Source of the DNA: Deltaproteobacteria bacterium
GTDB taxonomy: Bacteria; Desulfobacterota; Syntrophobacteria; BM002
Direction: 5' to 3'
Length of the DNA stretch: 64,000 nt
Assembly: GCA_022340905.1 (NCBI GenBank)
Contig: JAJDNB010000095.1
Coordinates: 10,967 to 74,966 of the forward strand
Within the stretch, counting starts at the first letter, position 1, and every line of letters begins with the position of its first letter. The notes under the pieces are model-generated. The model saw only the letters and a list, made by a program, of their open reading frames with translations, did no database searches and was not told where the DNA came from. Positions 46,082 to 55,632 of the stretch are shown in pieces. A program made the position numbers and the translations under genes.

Positions 46082-47035
46082 ATGGACGATTTAGTTGCGG
46101 CAGTTTTGCAAGGATCAGTAAAGGCCATGGCCAGGCTCATCACTCTGGTAGAAAATGAGGATGCCAGGGCCTTGCAAATCATGGGAGCAATATACCCTCA
46201 TACGGGAAATGCTTACGTCTTGGGTATTACTGGCTCCCCGGGGACAGGCAAGAGTACCCTGACAGATAAAATCACTTCAATCTTGCGTGAGCGGGAGCAG
46301 ACAGTGGGGGTTATCGCAGTGGATCCCTCCAGTCCTTTCACTGGTGGTGCTCTTTTGGGAGACCGAATTCGTATGCAACGCTCTTCAGGTGACGCGGAAG
46401 TTTTTATTCGTTCAATGGCAACTCGTGGAACCCTCGGTGGGCTTGCCCGGACCACGAATGACGTAGTTAAAATTATGGATGCCTTTGGTAAAAATTGGGT
46501 GATTGTCGAAACAGTGGGTGTTGGCCAGGATGAAGTGGAGATAGCTAAGACTGCAGATACCACTATTGTAGTTTTGGCTCCGGGCCTGGGTGATACCATC
46601 CAGAGCATGAAAGCTGGGGTGATGGAGATTGCCGATCTCTACGTGGTGAACAAGGCTGACCGTTCGGGTGCTGATGAATTGGTGAACGAAGTGACCTTCC
46701 GGGTGGAACAGGATGCTCACATCAGAAAAGCGGTCTGGAAACCACCGGTTGTTAAGACCATAGCCCTAGAAAATCAAGGGACGAATTCCCTGATGGAGGC
46801 CATTGAAGAGCACAGGAGCTTCCTCCGGCAAAGTGGCAAGTTGAGAAAAAACCGCAGGGAGAAAACGAGACAAGAGACCCTAGCCCTTCTGAGAGAAGAG
46901 ATTTCCCGAAATGTTTTGGAAAGAGTTCTCGGGAATGGGCGCTTTGATGCTCTGATCGACGACATCGTTGCACACAAGAAGGACCCCTACACGAGTGTTC
47001 AGGAGATTGTTCGTACGATTTTCCCAGAGGAATAA
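46082..47035 (+). CDS. meaB: Methylmalonyl-CoA mutase-associated G-protein chaperone MeaB/ArgK
   Basis: GITGSPGTGKSTL P-loop. NKAD nucleotide specificity motif (VVNKADR). Confidence 0.9.
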   Translation: MDDLVAAVLQGSVKAMARLITLVENEDARALQIMGAIYPHTGNAYVLGITGSPGTGKSTLTDKITSILREREQTVGVIAVDPSSPFTGGALLGDRIRMQRSSGDAEVFIRSMATRGTLGGLARTTNDVVKIMDAFGKNWVIVETVGVGQDEVEIAKTADTTIVVLAPGLGDTIQSMKAGVMEIADLYVVNKADRSGADELVNEVTFRVEQDAHIRKAVWKPPVVKTIALENQGTNSLMEAIEEHRSFLRQSGKLRKNRREKTRQETLALLREEISRNVLERVLGNGRFDALIDDIVAHKKDPYTSVQEIVRTIFPEE

Positions 47036-47041
47036 CCATCG

Positions 47042-47062
47042 AGCATAGAGCATAGGGCATAG
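47042..47062. repeat. CATAGAGCATAGGGCATAGAG short dispersed repeat
   Basis: The same 21-mer recurs at 62043-62063, as a reverse complement at 41400-41420, and truncated at 11505-11518 and 42388-42398. Always intergenic, immediately after a stop codon. Confidence 0.6.
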
Positions 47063-47225
47063 AGAAATACAGCTGCCAGCGAGTCAAATGGTCAAATTGT
47101 CGATCGGTCAAATGGGAAATTAGGCAAATCGTTAATTCGTCACTGAGGCCATTTCACAACCATTTGACTATTCGACAAATTGACTAATTAACCTATTGGG
47201 CTGCGCGATGAGAGAGGAGAGATAG

Positions 47226-47633
47226 ATGAAGGTACTGAAGATCGACCATCTGGGCATTGCCGTCAACAGTATAGAGGAAGCAAAAAGGCTGTTTCACGAC
47301 ATACTGGGACTAACTTTTGAAGGCAGTGAGACAGTTCAAGAGCAAAAGGTTACCACCGCTTTTTTTCCTGTGGGAGATAGTGAGGTTGAACTATTGGAGT
47401 CAACCGCTCCTGACGGGCCTATCGCCAAATATCTGGAGAAAAGAGGTGAAGGCATACAACATATCGCTTTCAGGGTCGATAACCTAGAAGAAGCGCTGAC
47501 TGAACTCAAGGACAAAGGGATAAGACTCATAGATGAAAAGCCACGCCAGGGAGCAGGTGGGGCCAAAATCGCATTCCTCCATCCGAAATCAACCCATGGA
47601 GTACTCATTGAACTGAGTGAAAGGGAAGATTAA
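47226..47633 (+). CDS. Methylmalonyl-CoA epimerase (VOC/glyoxalase fold)
   Basis: IDHLGIAV ... IQHIAFRVDNLEEAL ... GVLIEL, 135 aa. Confidence 0.85.
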   Translation: MKVLKIDHLGIAVNSIEEAKRLFHDILGLTFEGSETVQEQKVTTAFFPVGDSEVELLESTAPDGPIAKYLEKRGEGIQHIAFRVDNLEEALTELKDKGIRLIDEKPRQGAGGAKIAFLHPKSTHGVLIELSERED

Positions 47634-47845
47634 CTCGGCAAGACGAGTTGAGCGATGCGCTTGGCGCATGGCATGCTATGCACTAGGGAGCAAGCAGTAC
47701 TACAGGACGTTAGTCACCATGTCAAAATGTAATATTTATTATTTAAAGTTTATTCTTAAATAATCAATTTTTTAACTAATAATTTTAGATAATTATATCT
47801 AACAAATCAAAATGCAAGTCCTTAGTGCATAGGGCTTAGTGAAAA

Positions 47846-47880
47846 AACCTCTACCGGAATCAGGTAGGGGCTTTTTTTTA
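47846..47880. terminator. Bidirectional rho-independent terminator downstream of the carboxyltransferase gene
   Basis: gaaaaaaCCTCTACCggaatcaGGTAGGGGcttttttttac: hairpin with A-run and T-run flanks. Preceded by a 90-bp >85% AT stretch. Confidence 0.55.
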
Positions 47881-47899
47881 CTTTACGCCAGAGGCATAC

Positions 47900-49453
47900 T
47901 CACGTGGGTATATTGCCGTGCTTCTTCGGAGGTAGGGTTTCTCTCTTAGTGCTCAGCACTTCAAGAGCGTCAATAAGACGTGGTCGGGTCTCGCTGGGGA
48001 CGATCACTCCATCGATGTATCCTCGGGAGGCGGCAATGTAAGGATTGTAGAGCAGTTCTTTGTATTCTGCAATTTTCTCCTTTCGCTTGGCCTCCTTATC
48101 TTCGGCTGCCTGGATCTCTCGACGAAAAATAATGTTAGCTGCTCCATCGGCCCCCATTACCGCAATTTCGGCGTTTGGCCAGGCCAAAGCCATGTCGCAA
48201 CCAAGGTCACGTGAGCACATGGCCAGGTAGGAGCCGCCATAATCCTTTCTGGTAATCAGGGTGATTTTAGGCACGGTGGCCTCGGAGTAACACCAGAGCA
48301 GCTTGGCACCGTGGCGAATAACCCCGCTCCACTCCTGGTCGCTGCCAGGCAAGTATCCAGGGACGTCAGCAATGGTAAGGAGTGGGATGTTGAAACAGTC
48401 GCAAAAGCGAATGAATCGGGTCGCCTTATCTGATGAGTTCACATCCAGACAGCCAGCTAGAACTTTGGGTTGGTTGGCAATGATTCCAATTGTCCGGCCG
48501 TCCAATCGGGCAAAGCCCACAATGATATTCTGGGCGTAGAACTCATGAATTTCGTAGAAATTACCGTTGTCAACAATGGAGTAAATAACATCTTTCATGT
48601 CGTAGGAGGCCATGGGGTTGTCAGGAATGATGGAGTCCAGGGCTGGGTCAGTGCGTAAGGGACTGTCACCGGTGTCGATTCTGGGTGGCTCCTCCATATT
48701 ATTGCTGGGAAGAAAAGCAAGGAGGCCTTTGATTTGTTCAATTGCGCTGGCATCGTCCTCGCAGGCGAAATGAGCAACTCCACTCTTGCTATTGTGAGCC
48801 ATGGCACCACCAAGATCTTCAAAGGTAATCACCTCTCCCAACACGGCCTTGATCACGTCGGGACCGGTTATAAACATATGGCTGGTGTTCTTGACCATGA
48901 AGACAAAATCTGTCATGGCCGGGGAATAAACTGCGCCACCTGCACAGGGGCCCATAATTGCAGATATCTGCGGCACCACGCCTGAGGCAATGGCATTGCG
49001 ATAGAAAATCTGCCCGTAGCCGGATAGAGAGTCCACCCCCTCCTGAATGCGCGCACCCCCCGAGTCATTGAAGCCCACAACGGGAATTCCCGATTTCATT
49101 GCCAGATCAAGGATCTTGCAGATTTTTTTGGAGTGCATTTCGCCAAGTGTGCCAGCTCTGGCGGTAAAATCTTGAGAAAAGGCGCAAACGGGACGCCCAT
49201 TGACCTTGCCGTAGCCGGTTATCACCCCATCCGCTGGAATTTCCATTTTTTGCAAGCCAAACAGAGTCCCACGGTGCCTCATGAAGATATCAGTTTCCCT
49301 GAAAGTCCCTGCGTCGAAGAGCAGGTTTATTCTCTCCCTAGCAGTGAGTTTGCCACGTTCATGTTGCTTCTCTACTGCCTCTGTGCCGCCCATTTCAAAG
49401 AGCTTAGCTTCCTTTTCCTTCAAATCCTTAATTTTGTCTGATACGATTCCCAT
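47900..49453 (-). CDS. Acyl-CoA carboxyltransferase subunit (propionyl-CoA carboxylase beta / methylmalonyl-CoA carboxyltransferase 12S-like)
   Basis: 517 aa. N- and C-terminal carboxyltransferase domains (GGARIQEG ... typical PccB motifs). Confidence 0.9.
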   Translation of the reverse strand: MGIVSDKIKDLKEKEAKLFEMGGTEAVEKQHERGKLTARERINLLFDAGTFRETDIFMRHRGTLFGLQKMEIPADGVITGYGKVNGRPVCAFSQDFTARAGTLGEMHSKKICKILDLAMKSGIPVVGFNDSGGARIQEGVDSLSGYGQIFYRNAIASGVVPQISAIMGPCAGGAVYSPAMTDFVFMVKNTSHMFITGPDVIKAVLGEVITFEDLGGAMAHNSKSGVAHFACEDDASAIEQIKGLLAFLPSNNMEEPPRIDTGDSPLRTDPALDSIIPDNPMASYDMKDVIYSIVDNGNFYEIHEFYAQNIIVGFARLDGRTIGIIANQPKVLAGCLDVNSSDKATRFIRFCDCFNIPLLTIADVPGYLPGSDQEWSGVIRHGAKLLWCYSEATVPKITLITRKDYGGSYLAMCSRDLGCDMALAWPNAEIAVMGADGAANIIFRREIQAAEDKEAKRKEKIAEYKELLYNPYIAASRGYIDGVIVPSETRPRLIDALEVLSTKRETLPPKKHGNIPT

Positions 49454-49611
49454 GTATTTTTCTCCTGTTTTCTCCCTGTCTTACCTGGAGAGATAGATAA
49501 GACATTTCCTTTAAAATCAGGTCATTCTATCCCCTCCCCCCCTTTTGTCAAGGCTTTTCTCCATGCGGAGTTTCCCCATTTCGACTGATATTTTCACTAC
49601 GCCAAGAAAGC

Positions 49612-50043
49612 TTATTGATCTTTCACTGGAGACATCTTCGCAGGGCTTACCAGACCTCTAATGGTAAAATAGACATCTCCTCCCCGTACGAATATCTTTA
49701 CCCCATATCGGGCTTCTCCCAGTATTTCCTCTCCATTAATAGTCCAGTTTTTCCATTCATCTTTCTTTTTTCTGCCCTTCTTCCAAGTCCGATAAAAATA
49801 AAGAGCGTATTTATCGTCGTATTTTATCAGTTTATACATGACATAGTTTTCGTCGGGAAGGGATCTGCCGACATATCTCGCAAAACTGCACTCCCATGCT
49901 CCCATCAGCAGGGGAGCTGGTTCTTTGATTACTTGGCAAAAGGAATCGGGTTTTTGCTCAATGACATGGGAAGGTGTTTTCCCGTTGGTGGCACACCCAA
50001 TCAGAGCAAAGAATGATATCAGGAAAATAGCGAGTTTTTTCAT
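49612..50043 (-). CDS. Lipoprotein, hypothetical
   Basis: MKKLAIFLISFFALIGC signal peptide with a lipobox, then a small beta-rich domain. Confidence 0.5.
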   Translation of the reverse strand: MKKLAIFLISFFALIGCATNGKTPSHVIEQKPDSFCQVIKEPAPLLMGAWECSFARYVGRSLPDENYVMYKLIKYDDKYALYFYRTWKKGRKKKDEWKNWTINGEEILGEARYGVKIFVRGGDVYFTIRGLVSPAKMSPVKDQ

Positions 50044-50318
50044 GCCATTGTCTCCTTGTTCTGCGTGATTTGATCGTTTACTTAAGCCCATTAACTAAAG
50101 CAATGGACAACCATCTCCATCGTACTGGCACAGGCATGCATTCTGCCGGTCTTCTTTGAAGAAAAGCGCCCGCAGATCAACAGAACTCGAAGTCATTTTA
50201 CCAGGCGCCAAGGCAAAAGCACACCATCTCTCACTTGTCATTTACAAGTCTATTCAATTTGTGATAAACAATCAGATAAGTTGGAAGAGCAAACGGGCTT
50301 TGCTCAATAGGCTCAGCC

Positions 50319-50630
50319 ATGAACAGAAAAATTAAGCCAGCGAAAACCAAGTGGTATTTTCTCATATGGCCTCTCTTGGTTCTGGGCTCAGTGCTGCTCA
50401 TTATCTGGAGCCCCAATGGATTGCTTCATCTTCGTCAGCTGCATGTTGAACATCAAGAACTTCTTCACAAAAATCAAATTTTGGAGAAAGAAAACCACCT
50501 TCTCTATGAGGAAATCAGTCGCCTGCAAAAGGATTCTGATGCCATAGAGAGCTTAGCCCGTGAAGAACTGGGTCTCGTTAGAGAGGGTGAACTTATTTTT
50601 CAGTTTGTCCAACCTCAACCAGAGGAGTAG
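50319..50630 (+). CDS. ftsB: Septum-formation initiator FtsB/DivIC family protein
   Basis: N-terminal TM helix, then the coiled coil LRQLHVEHQELLHKNQILEKENHLLYEEISRLQKDSDAIESLAREELGLV. Confidence 0.75.
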   Translation: MNRKIKPAKTKWYFLIWPLLVLGSVLLIIWSPNGLLHLRQLHVEHQELLHKNQILEKENHLLYEEISRLQKDSDAIESLAREELGLVREGELIFQFVQPQPEE

Positions 50631-50778
50631 ATAGCCCGAGCCCCTCTCACCCCCCTGATAAGCTTTCTATGCCCCATCCTTTGCCTTGCTTGCCCCTTAG
50701 AAACTTCGAGGTTATACTATGAAGCGGATAGGGTTTGATTATGTCGACCCTACGCCAAAGCCTGAAACCTCCTTCCAC

Positions 50779-50822
50779 GCCCCACCCCTGCCTCAACCTA
50801 TGCAGGGGTGGGGATTTTTTTG
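50779..50822 (+). terminator. Rho-independent terminator
   Basis: GCCCCACCCCTGCctcaacctatGCAGGGGTGGGGatttttttg: 12-bp perfect stem followed by a T-run. Confidence 0.6.
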
Positions 50823-50984
50823 TTTGATTAGCCTGGATGTTACTCGCTGGCCTGATGGCCAGAATTCAAACCACAGCTTGAATGACAGGAGGTTCTGGTT
50901 ACTAGTAAGTATTGCTTTTGTTGAGCAAAACATCTATAGTCTTTTCCAACTGATGGCTGAATTAAAAACCTGACGCCAGGAAAG

Positions 50985-51737
50985 TTGACCATGGATGAGT
51001 TGGAATTGTATCAGCAAATGATGAGTAAGGACCCCTCATCGCAGGTTTTCGTTTATCTCGCCGAGGCACTCTTGGAACATGAGATGTACAAAGAGGCCAT
51101 TGAGACGTGTGCAAATGGCTTACGCCTCCGCCCTCATGATCTTCGAGCTAGAGTAATACTCGGGGTGGCCTTGCTACGGACCGGTGAGTTGGACCGAGCC
51201 GAAAGCGAACTGCACAAGGCTAAAGAGATGCTCGAGATAAATGCGGTTACGTATCGTGCCCTAGCTGAACTCTATGAAAAAAAGGGTGATTCCGAGTCGG
51301 CTGAACGCTACCAACGGCTTTTTGAAGCTATTCAGCCAACTCAAGCGGAGGGGATCGGAAGCGGGAAAGAGGAAACAGAATTAGAGACGGCGCCTGCAGG
51401 GGTTCCGAGCGGAAAGACAGAGATGTCCACTATTACCATGGCTAAACTCCATGAAGAGCAAGTGCACCTAAAAGAGACTGCTGAAGTGTATGGCGAAATT
51501 TCCGAACCTTCCCCCGAAACTGAGGATGTGGAAGATCAGCTTGATGATTTTGAGAGACCTGTCGGCGAGGGTGACGTTAAGCGTAAGCTTCTGTCAAAGC
51601 TAGAATTGTGGCACCAGAGTGTGCAGGAAAAAATCGGTGAAGATAAACCATCGCCCTCCCCTGGATCATCAGGGATCGACCCCAAAGAAGTGGTCGCCTT
51701 TATAAGGAAATATTTTAAAGAGTTACACCCATCCTAA
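50985..51737 (+). CDS. TPR-repeat protein with acidic C-terminal region
   Basis: Three TPR-like helical repeats in the N-terminal 120 aa. Glu/Pro-rich tail. Confidence 0.65.
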   Translation: MTMDELELYQQMMSKDPSSQVFVYLAEALLEHEMYKEAIETCANGLRLRPHDLRARVILGVALLRTGELDRAESELHKAKEMLEINAVTYRALAELYEKKGDSESAERYQRLFEAIQPTQAEGIGSGKEETELETAPAGVPSGKTEMSTITMAKLHEEQVHLKETAEVYGEISEPSPETEDVEDQLDDFERPVGEGDVKRKLLSKLELWHQSVQEKIGEDKPSPSPGSSGIDPKEVVAFIRKYFKELHPS

Positions 51738-51947
51738 CCTACCCGGACTTACAATGCCCCTCAGCAGAGATCACCAACTTACTTTCCAACAAGAGTCTGA
51801 TCGGATTTCTCCTCTGCTTCGGGGTACAAAGAAAGCACGAAAAGTTTAACATTATTGTGGAAATTTGCGTCACTACCACTGTATGGACCATTACACCCTT
51901 TTAAATGGGGTGTATTTTGTGGGGAAAGATTAAAGAGAGAAGAGTGC

Positions 51948-52505
51948 ATGTATTCTACGGCTGACTTTCGTAAAGGTTTAAAGATCGAATTGGAGGGCAA
52001 GCCCTTCATCATGGTTGATTTCCTCCACGTCAAACCGGGTAAAGGTGGAGCCTTTGTCCGAACTCGTCTGAAAAATATGGAGACCGGTCAGGTACTGGAA
52101 AGAACCTTCCGCTCCGGTGAAAAAGTCGATCGCCCTGATCTTGTAGAGCGAGATATGCAGTATCTTTACCAAGATGCCGAAGGTTATTGCTTCATGGATA
52201 ACAACAATTACGAGCAGATTTTTATCGATGATGAGCATTTGGGCGAGAGCAAAAATTTTCTCAAGGAGAACGTGGACGTTAAAGTGCTTCTTTTCAACAA
52301 CAAGCCTATCGGTATCGATCTCCCTATTTTCGTGGAACTATCAATCGCTCAGACCGAGCCTGGACTGCGAGGGGACACAGCCACGGGTTCCACCAAGCCA
52401 GCCACCCTTGAAACCGGGTATGTTATCCAGGTTCCTCTTTTCATAAATGAAGGCGACAGGGTAAAGATAGACACACGCACGGGTGAATATGTAGAGCGGG
52501 TTTGA
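51948..52505 (+). CDS. efp: Translation elongation factor P
   Basis: MYSTADFRKGLKIELEGKPFIMVDFLHVKPGKGGAFVRTRLKN, canonical EF-P with the KPGKG loop. 185 aa from the ATG at 51948. Confidence 0.9.
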   Translation: MYSTADFRKGLKIELEGKPFIMVDFLHVKPGKGGAFVRTRLKNMETGQVLERTFRSGEKVDRPDLVERDMQYLYQDAEGYCFMDNNNYEQIFIDDEHLGESKNFLKENVDVKVLLFNNKPIGIDLPIFVELSIAQTEPGLRGDTATGSTKPATLETGYVIQVPLFINEGDRVKIDTRTGEYVERV

Positions 52506-52798
52506 AGCTGGCTGGAGATTTGAGGTTGCAGATTTAAGATTGTTGATTTAGCAGTGGAGAAGTGGGAAAAGACTATCAAGGAACCATAAGTCTGCAATCG
52601 TCGATCTGCAATCGCCAACCTGTAATCTAAAATTTCCTATCTCTTATCTGCAATCCTCTTAGTGGGCATGCAAAGTGCAGAGGATCGCAGTGAACATACA
52701 CTCTTTACAGGCAAACCTGTGTGGTGGGAAAATGTATCTAGTCCGGGTTTTTCTCATACCGTTGCCAGCACAATAGCGGCTTTTTTTAGACGAGAGGT

Positions 52799-54970
52799 GT
52801 GATGGCTGAAATCAGCCGCTTGGCTTTGTCGCTCAGCAAACTAGGGATACAGGCCCTGGCCCGTTGGTTTAAGGCATCAGTGCAGGTTTGCGGTGCCGAA
52901 AACATTCCAGATGGCGTGATTATTTTCTTAGTAAACCACTTCACTCGTCTCGAAACCCTGATTTTGCCCTACGAATTTTACAGACTCACCGGCAAACCAA
53001 TCATGTCCCTTGCCTATCACGGACTATTCACTGGAGCACTAGGCACCTATTTGGATAACATAGGTGCTGTTTCTACAAAGGATCCCAACCGTGACAAAAT
53101 TATTATTCGCTCTTTACTGATGGGAAACAATCCTTGGTTAATTTTTCCAGAAGGCTCGATGATCAAGGACAAAAAGATTATTGAGAGCGGGAAATTTCTC
53201 ATATACAGCACCACGGGCACCCGTCGCCCACCTCACACCGGCGCTGCAGCGCTCGCCTTGCGCACGGAGTTCTACCGACTGAGGCTTCAGCATTTACAGG
53301 CCACCGACGTGGATTTACTCAATCAGCAGTTGGAGGTTTTTGACCTTTCTTCCATGGAACAAGTGAAGAACTGCGAGACCTTTCTGGTGCCAGTTAACAT
53401 TAGCTACTATCCCATTCGGTCTCGGGAAAACGCCATTGAGAGGCTGGCTTTATACCTCGTAAAAGATATGCCTGACCGTATTGTTGAAGAATTGCAAACC
53501 GAGGGAACAATGCTTCTCTCTGGAGTGGACATTGACATAACGATCGACAAGCCTTTGGCCATACGGCCATTGCTTAGAAAACGGGTTATCCAAAAAGACA
53601 TACGCACCCTGCACCCCATAATGCCAGACGATCTGCTGCCCTCGAGGCCGACAATGCGGCGAGTTGCTAGTAAGCTTACCAGAAAGGTTATGGCCTCAAT
53701 TTACCAGAATACTATGGTCAATTATGACCATCTCATTGCCTATATTTTGAAATATTATCCCAGGCAAAAGTTGAGTTTCTTCAGCTTAGCGCAGCGACTG
53801 TACCTTGCTGCGGAAGCAGTCACTAAGCTCAAGTCCATACGGCTGCACGCCGGGTTGCTCCAGGACCAATGTGTACAACTCTGTCGCAACTATCACACAG
53901 TTATGACAGACTTCCTCGAGGTGGCGGAACGAAGCGGTGCGGTGGAAGTAGAAGGCGATCTCATCCGTTTGAAAAGGCCAGCGATGAAAACTCTTTTCGA
54001 CTTTCACAGTATCCGGCGAGAGAATACTTACCAAGTCATTCTCAACGAGGTGGAGTATCTTCGGCCACTGACCAGAAAAGTGCGGCTAATTGCTGAGCAC
54101 TCCCCTTGGCTAGTGCGCAGGCGTCTGCGGCGCAAATTCCTCCGAATAGCTAAAAAGGAGTTCGAACTCGACTATGAAAAGTATTGGCGAAAGGGCGAGT
54201 CGAAGCCTAAAAATATAGGTGCTCCTATTTTTTACCGCAGGTTTCGCCCTAAGGCTGGAATATTGCTTGTTCATGGGTATTTGGCGGCTCCCGAGGAGGT
54301 AAGAGCCCTTGCTGAATATCTACACCACCAGGGCTATACTGTCTTTGCTCCGCGCCTTCGTGGACATGGCACCAGTCCAGAAGATTTAGCTCATAGAACC
54401 TGGGAGGATTGGTTGCAGTCAGTGGAACGTGGGTACATGATCCTGGCGAATAGTGCTCAGGATGTTGTTTTGGGAGGGTTCAGTATGGGAGCAGGCTTGG
54501 CCCTCTTTGCAGCGACAAACAAGCTCTATAAGATCAAAGCCATTTTTGCTATCAACTGTGCCATGAGACTGAGGACACGAACCGCCAGACTTGCTCCGGC
54601 CGTCGTTCTCTGGAACAAGCTGGTGGACAAACTCATTAAAGATGAGGGACGGAGGCACTTCGTGCCTAATGAGCCAGAAAACCCTCATATCAACTATTTT
54701 CGTAATCCCATAAGTGGGGTAAAAGAGCTCATGGAGCTCATGGAGCAGCTCTCATCCCGCCTTGATCGCATACCAGTTCCGACGCTCTTAATACAATCGT
54801 CAGGGGACCCCGTTGTCCACCCTGAAGGCAGTAGAGAGATCTATGAAAATCTCGGTGCCAAGGATAAGGAGTTGATCATGTTCAATTCCGACCGGCACGG
54901 AATCCTCAGAGGTGAAAGCTCACAGCATGTCTTCACCGCGATAGCAGATTTTCTCCATACGAGACTCTGA
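52799..54970 (+). CDS. Fusion protein: N-terminal glycerolipid acyltransferase-like domain plus C-terminal alpha/beta hydrolase (lipase/esterase)
   Basis: N-terminus LVNHFTRLETL..FPEGS resembles PlsC-family acyltransferase blocks. C-terminus ILLVHGYLAAPEE...RGHGTS...GFSMGAGLA...DRHG is a serine-hydrolase fold with a GxSxG elbow. 723 aa. Confidence 0.55.
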   Translation: MMAEISRLALSLSKLGIQALARWFKASVQVCGAENIPDGVIIFLVNHFTRLETLILPYEFYRLTGKPIMSLAYHGLFTGALGTYLDNIGAVSTKDPNRDKIIIRSLLMGNNPWLIFPEGSMIKDKKIIESGKFLIYSTTGTRRPPHTGAAALALRTEFYRLRLQHLQATDVDLLNQQLEVFDLSSMEQVKNCETFLVPVNISYYPIRSRENAIERLALYLVKDMPDRIVEELQTEGTMLLSGVDIDITIDKPLAIRPLLRKRVIQKDIRTLHPIMPDDLLPSRPTMRRVASKLTRKVMASIYQNTMVNYDHLIAYILKYYPRQKLSFFSLAQRLYLAAEAVTKLKSIRLHAGLLQDQCVQLCRNYHTVMTDFLEVAERSGAVEVEGDLIRLKRPAMKTLFDFHSIRRENTYQVILNEVEYLRPLTRKVRLIAEHSPWLVRRRLRRKFLRIAKKEFELDYEKYWRKGESKPKNIGAPIFYRRFRPKAGILLVHGYLAAPEEVRALAEYLHHQGYTVFAPRLRGHGTSPEDLAHRTWEDWLQSVERGYMILANSAQDVVLGGFSMGAGLALFAATNKLYKIKAIFAINCAMRLRTRTARLAPAVVLWNKLVDKLIKDEGRRHFVPNEPENPHINYFRNPISGVKELMELMEQLSSRLDRIPVPTLLIQSSGDPVVHPEGSREIYENLGAKDKELIMFNSDRHGILRGESSQHVFTAIADFLHTRL

Positions 54971-55305
54971 ACAGAAGAGTTTTCCATTTAGCAAGCTTGT
55001 TCTGCCAGCATATCAACAGTCAGATAGAAATTTTCTGAGATGGATAAAGAAAATATCCGAGTTGAATGAAGGCTTCTCGAATTGTTATGATCATGGGGAT
55101 GGGATGTAAAACCCTAATTTATTGGGGACAGCCAGGTGATGTTCTAATGAAAGATTCAGACCATTAGGTACGTGCCATTAAGCTTCCCCAAAAGGGTAAT
55201 CTCCTGTCCTTCCTTCAATCTAGGTGTCAGGTTTCAGATGTCAGGGAAAAAAATACGATGGCTGAAAACTGAAACCTGAACACTGAAACCTTAGTCAATG
55301 AGGAG

Positions 55306-55506
55306 ATGCAGATGAGAGTCAAGATTGATTACGATTTGTGTATGGGTGACAGGAATTGTAACAAGGTTTGTCCTGAGGTTTTTGAGTACGATGAGGACCA
55401 GATGATTTCCAGAGTTCTCGTAGATGAAGTCCCCGATCATCTTGAAGGACTGGTAAGAAGAGCAGCAGACGAATGTGCACCCAAGGCTATCATCGTGGAG
55501 GAATAG
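55306..55506 (+). CDS. Small ferredoxin (single Fe-S cluster)
   Basis: 66 aa, CMGDRNCNKVCP ... CAPKAI. Confidence 0.8.
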   Translation: MQMRVKIDYDLCMGDRNCNKVCPEVFEYDEDQMISRVLVDEVPDHLEGLVRRAADECAPKAIIVEE

Positions 55507-55632
55507 TCTTTCCTTCATCCAACTTGTTGGAATATTTCCGGGGAAAGTCTTGAATTTACCGACCTTGACAACCCCACTGCTTCGTGTCACAGTTGTGTCT
55601 TGTCCACAGTCAAGCGACGTAGGAAAAAACCT

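Noticed and set aside
50719-50973. 84-aa plus-strand ORF between ftsB and the TPR gene
   Set aside because: It overlaps a strong rho-independent terminator hairpin (50779-50822) and has no RBS and a low-complexity product, so it is most likely non-coding.
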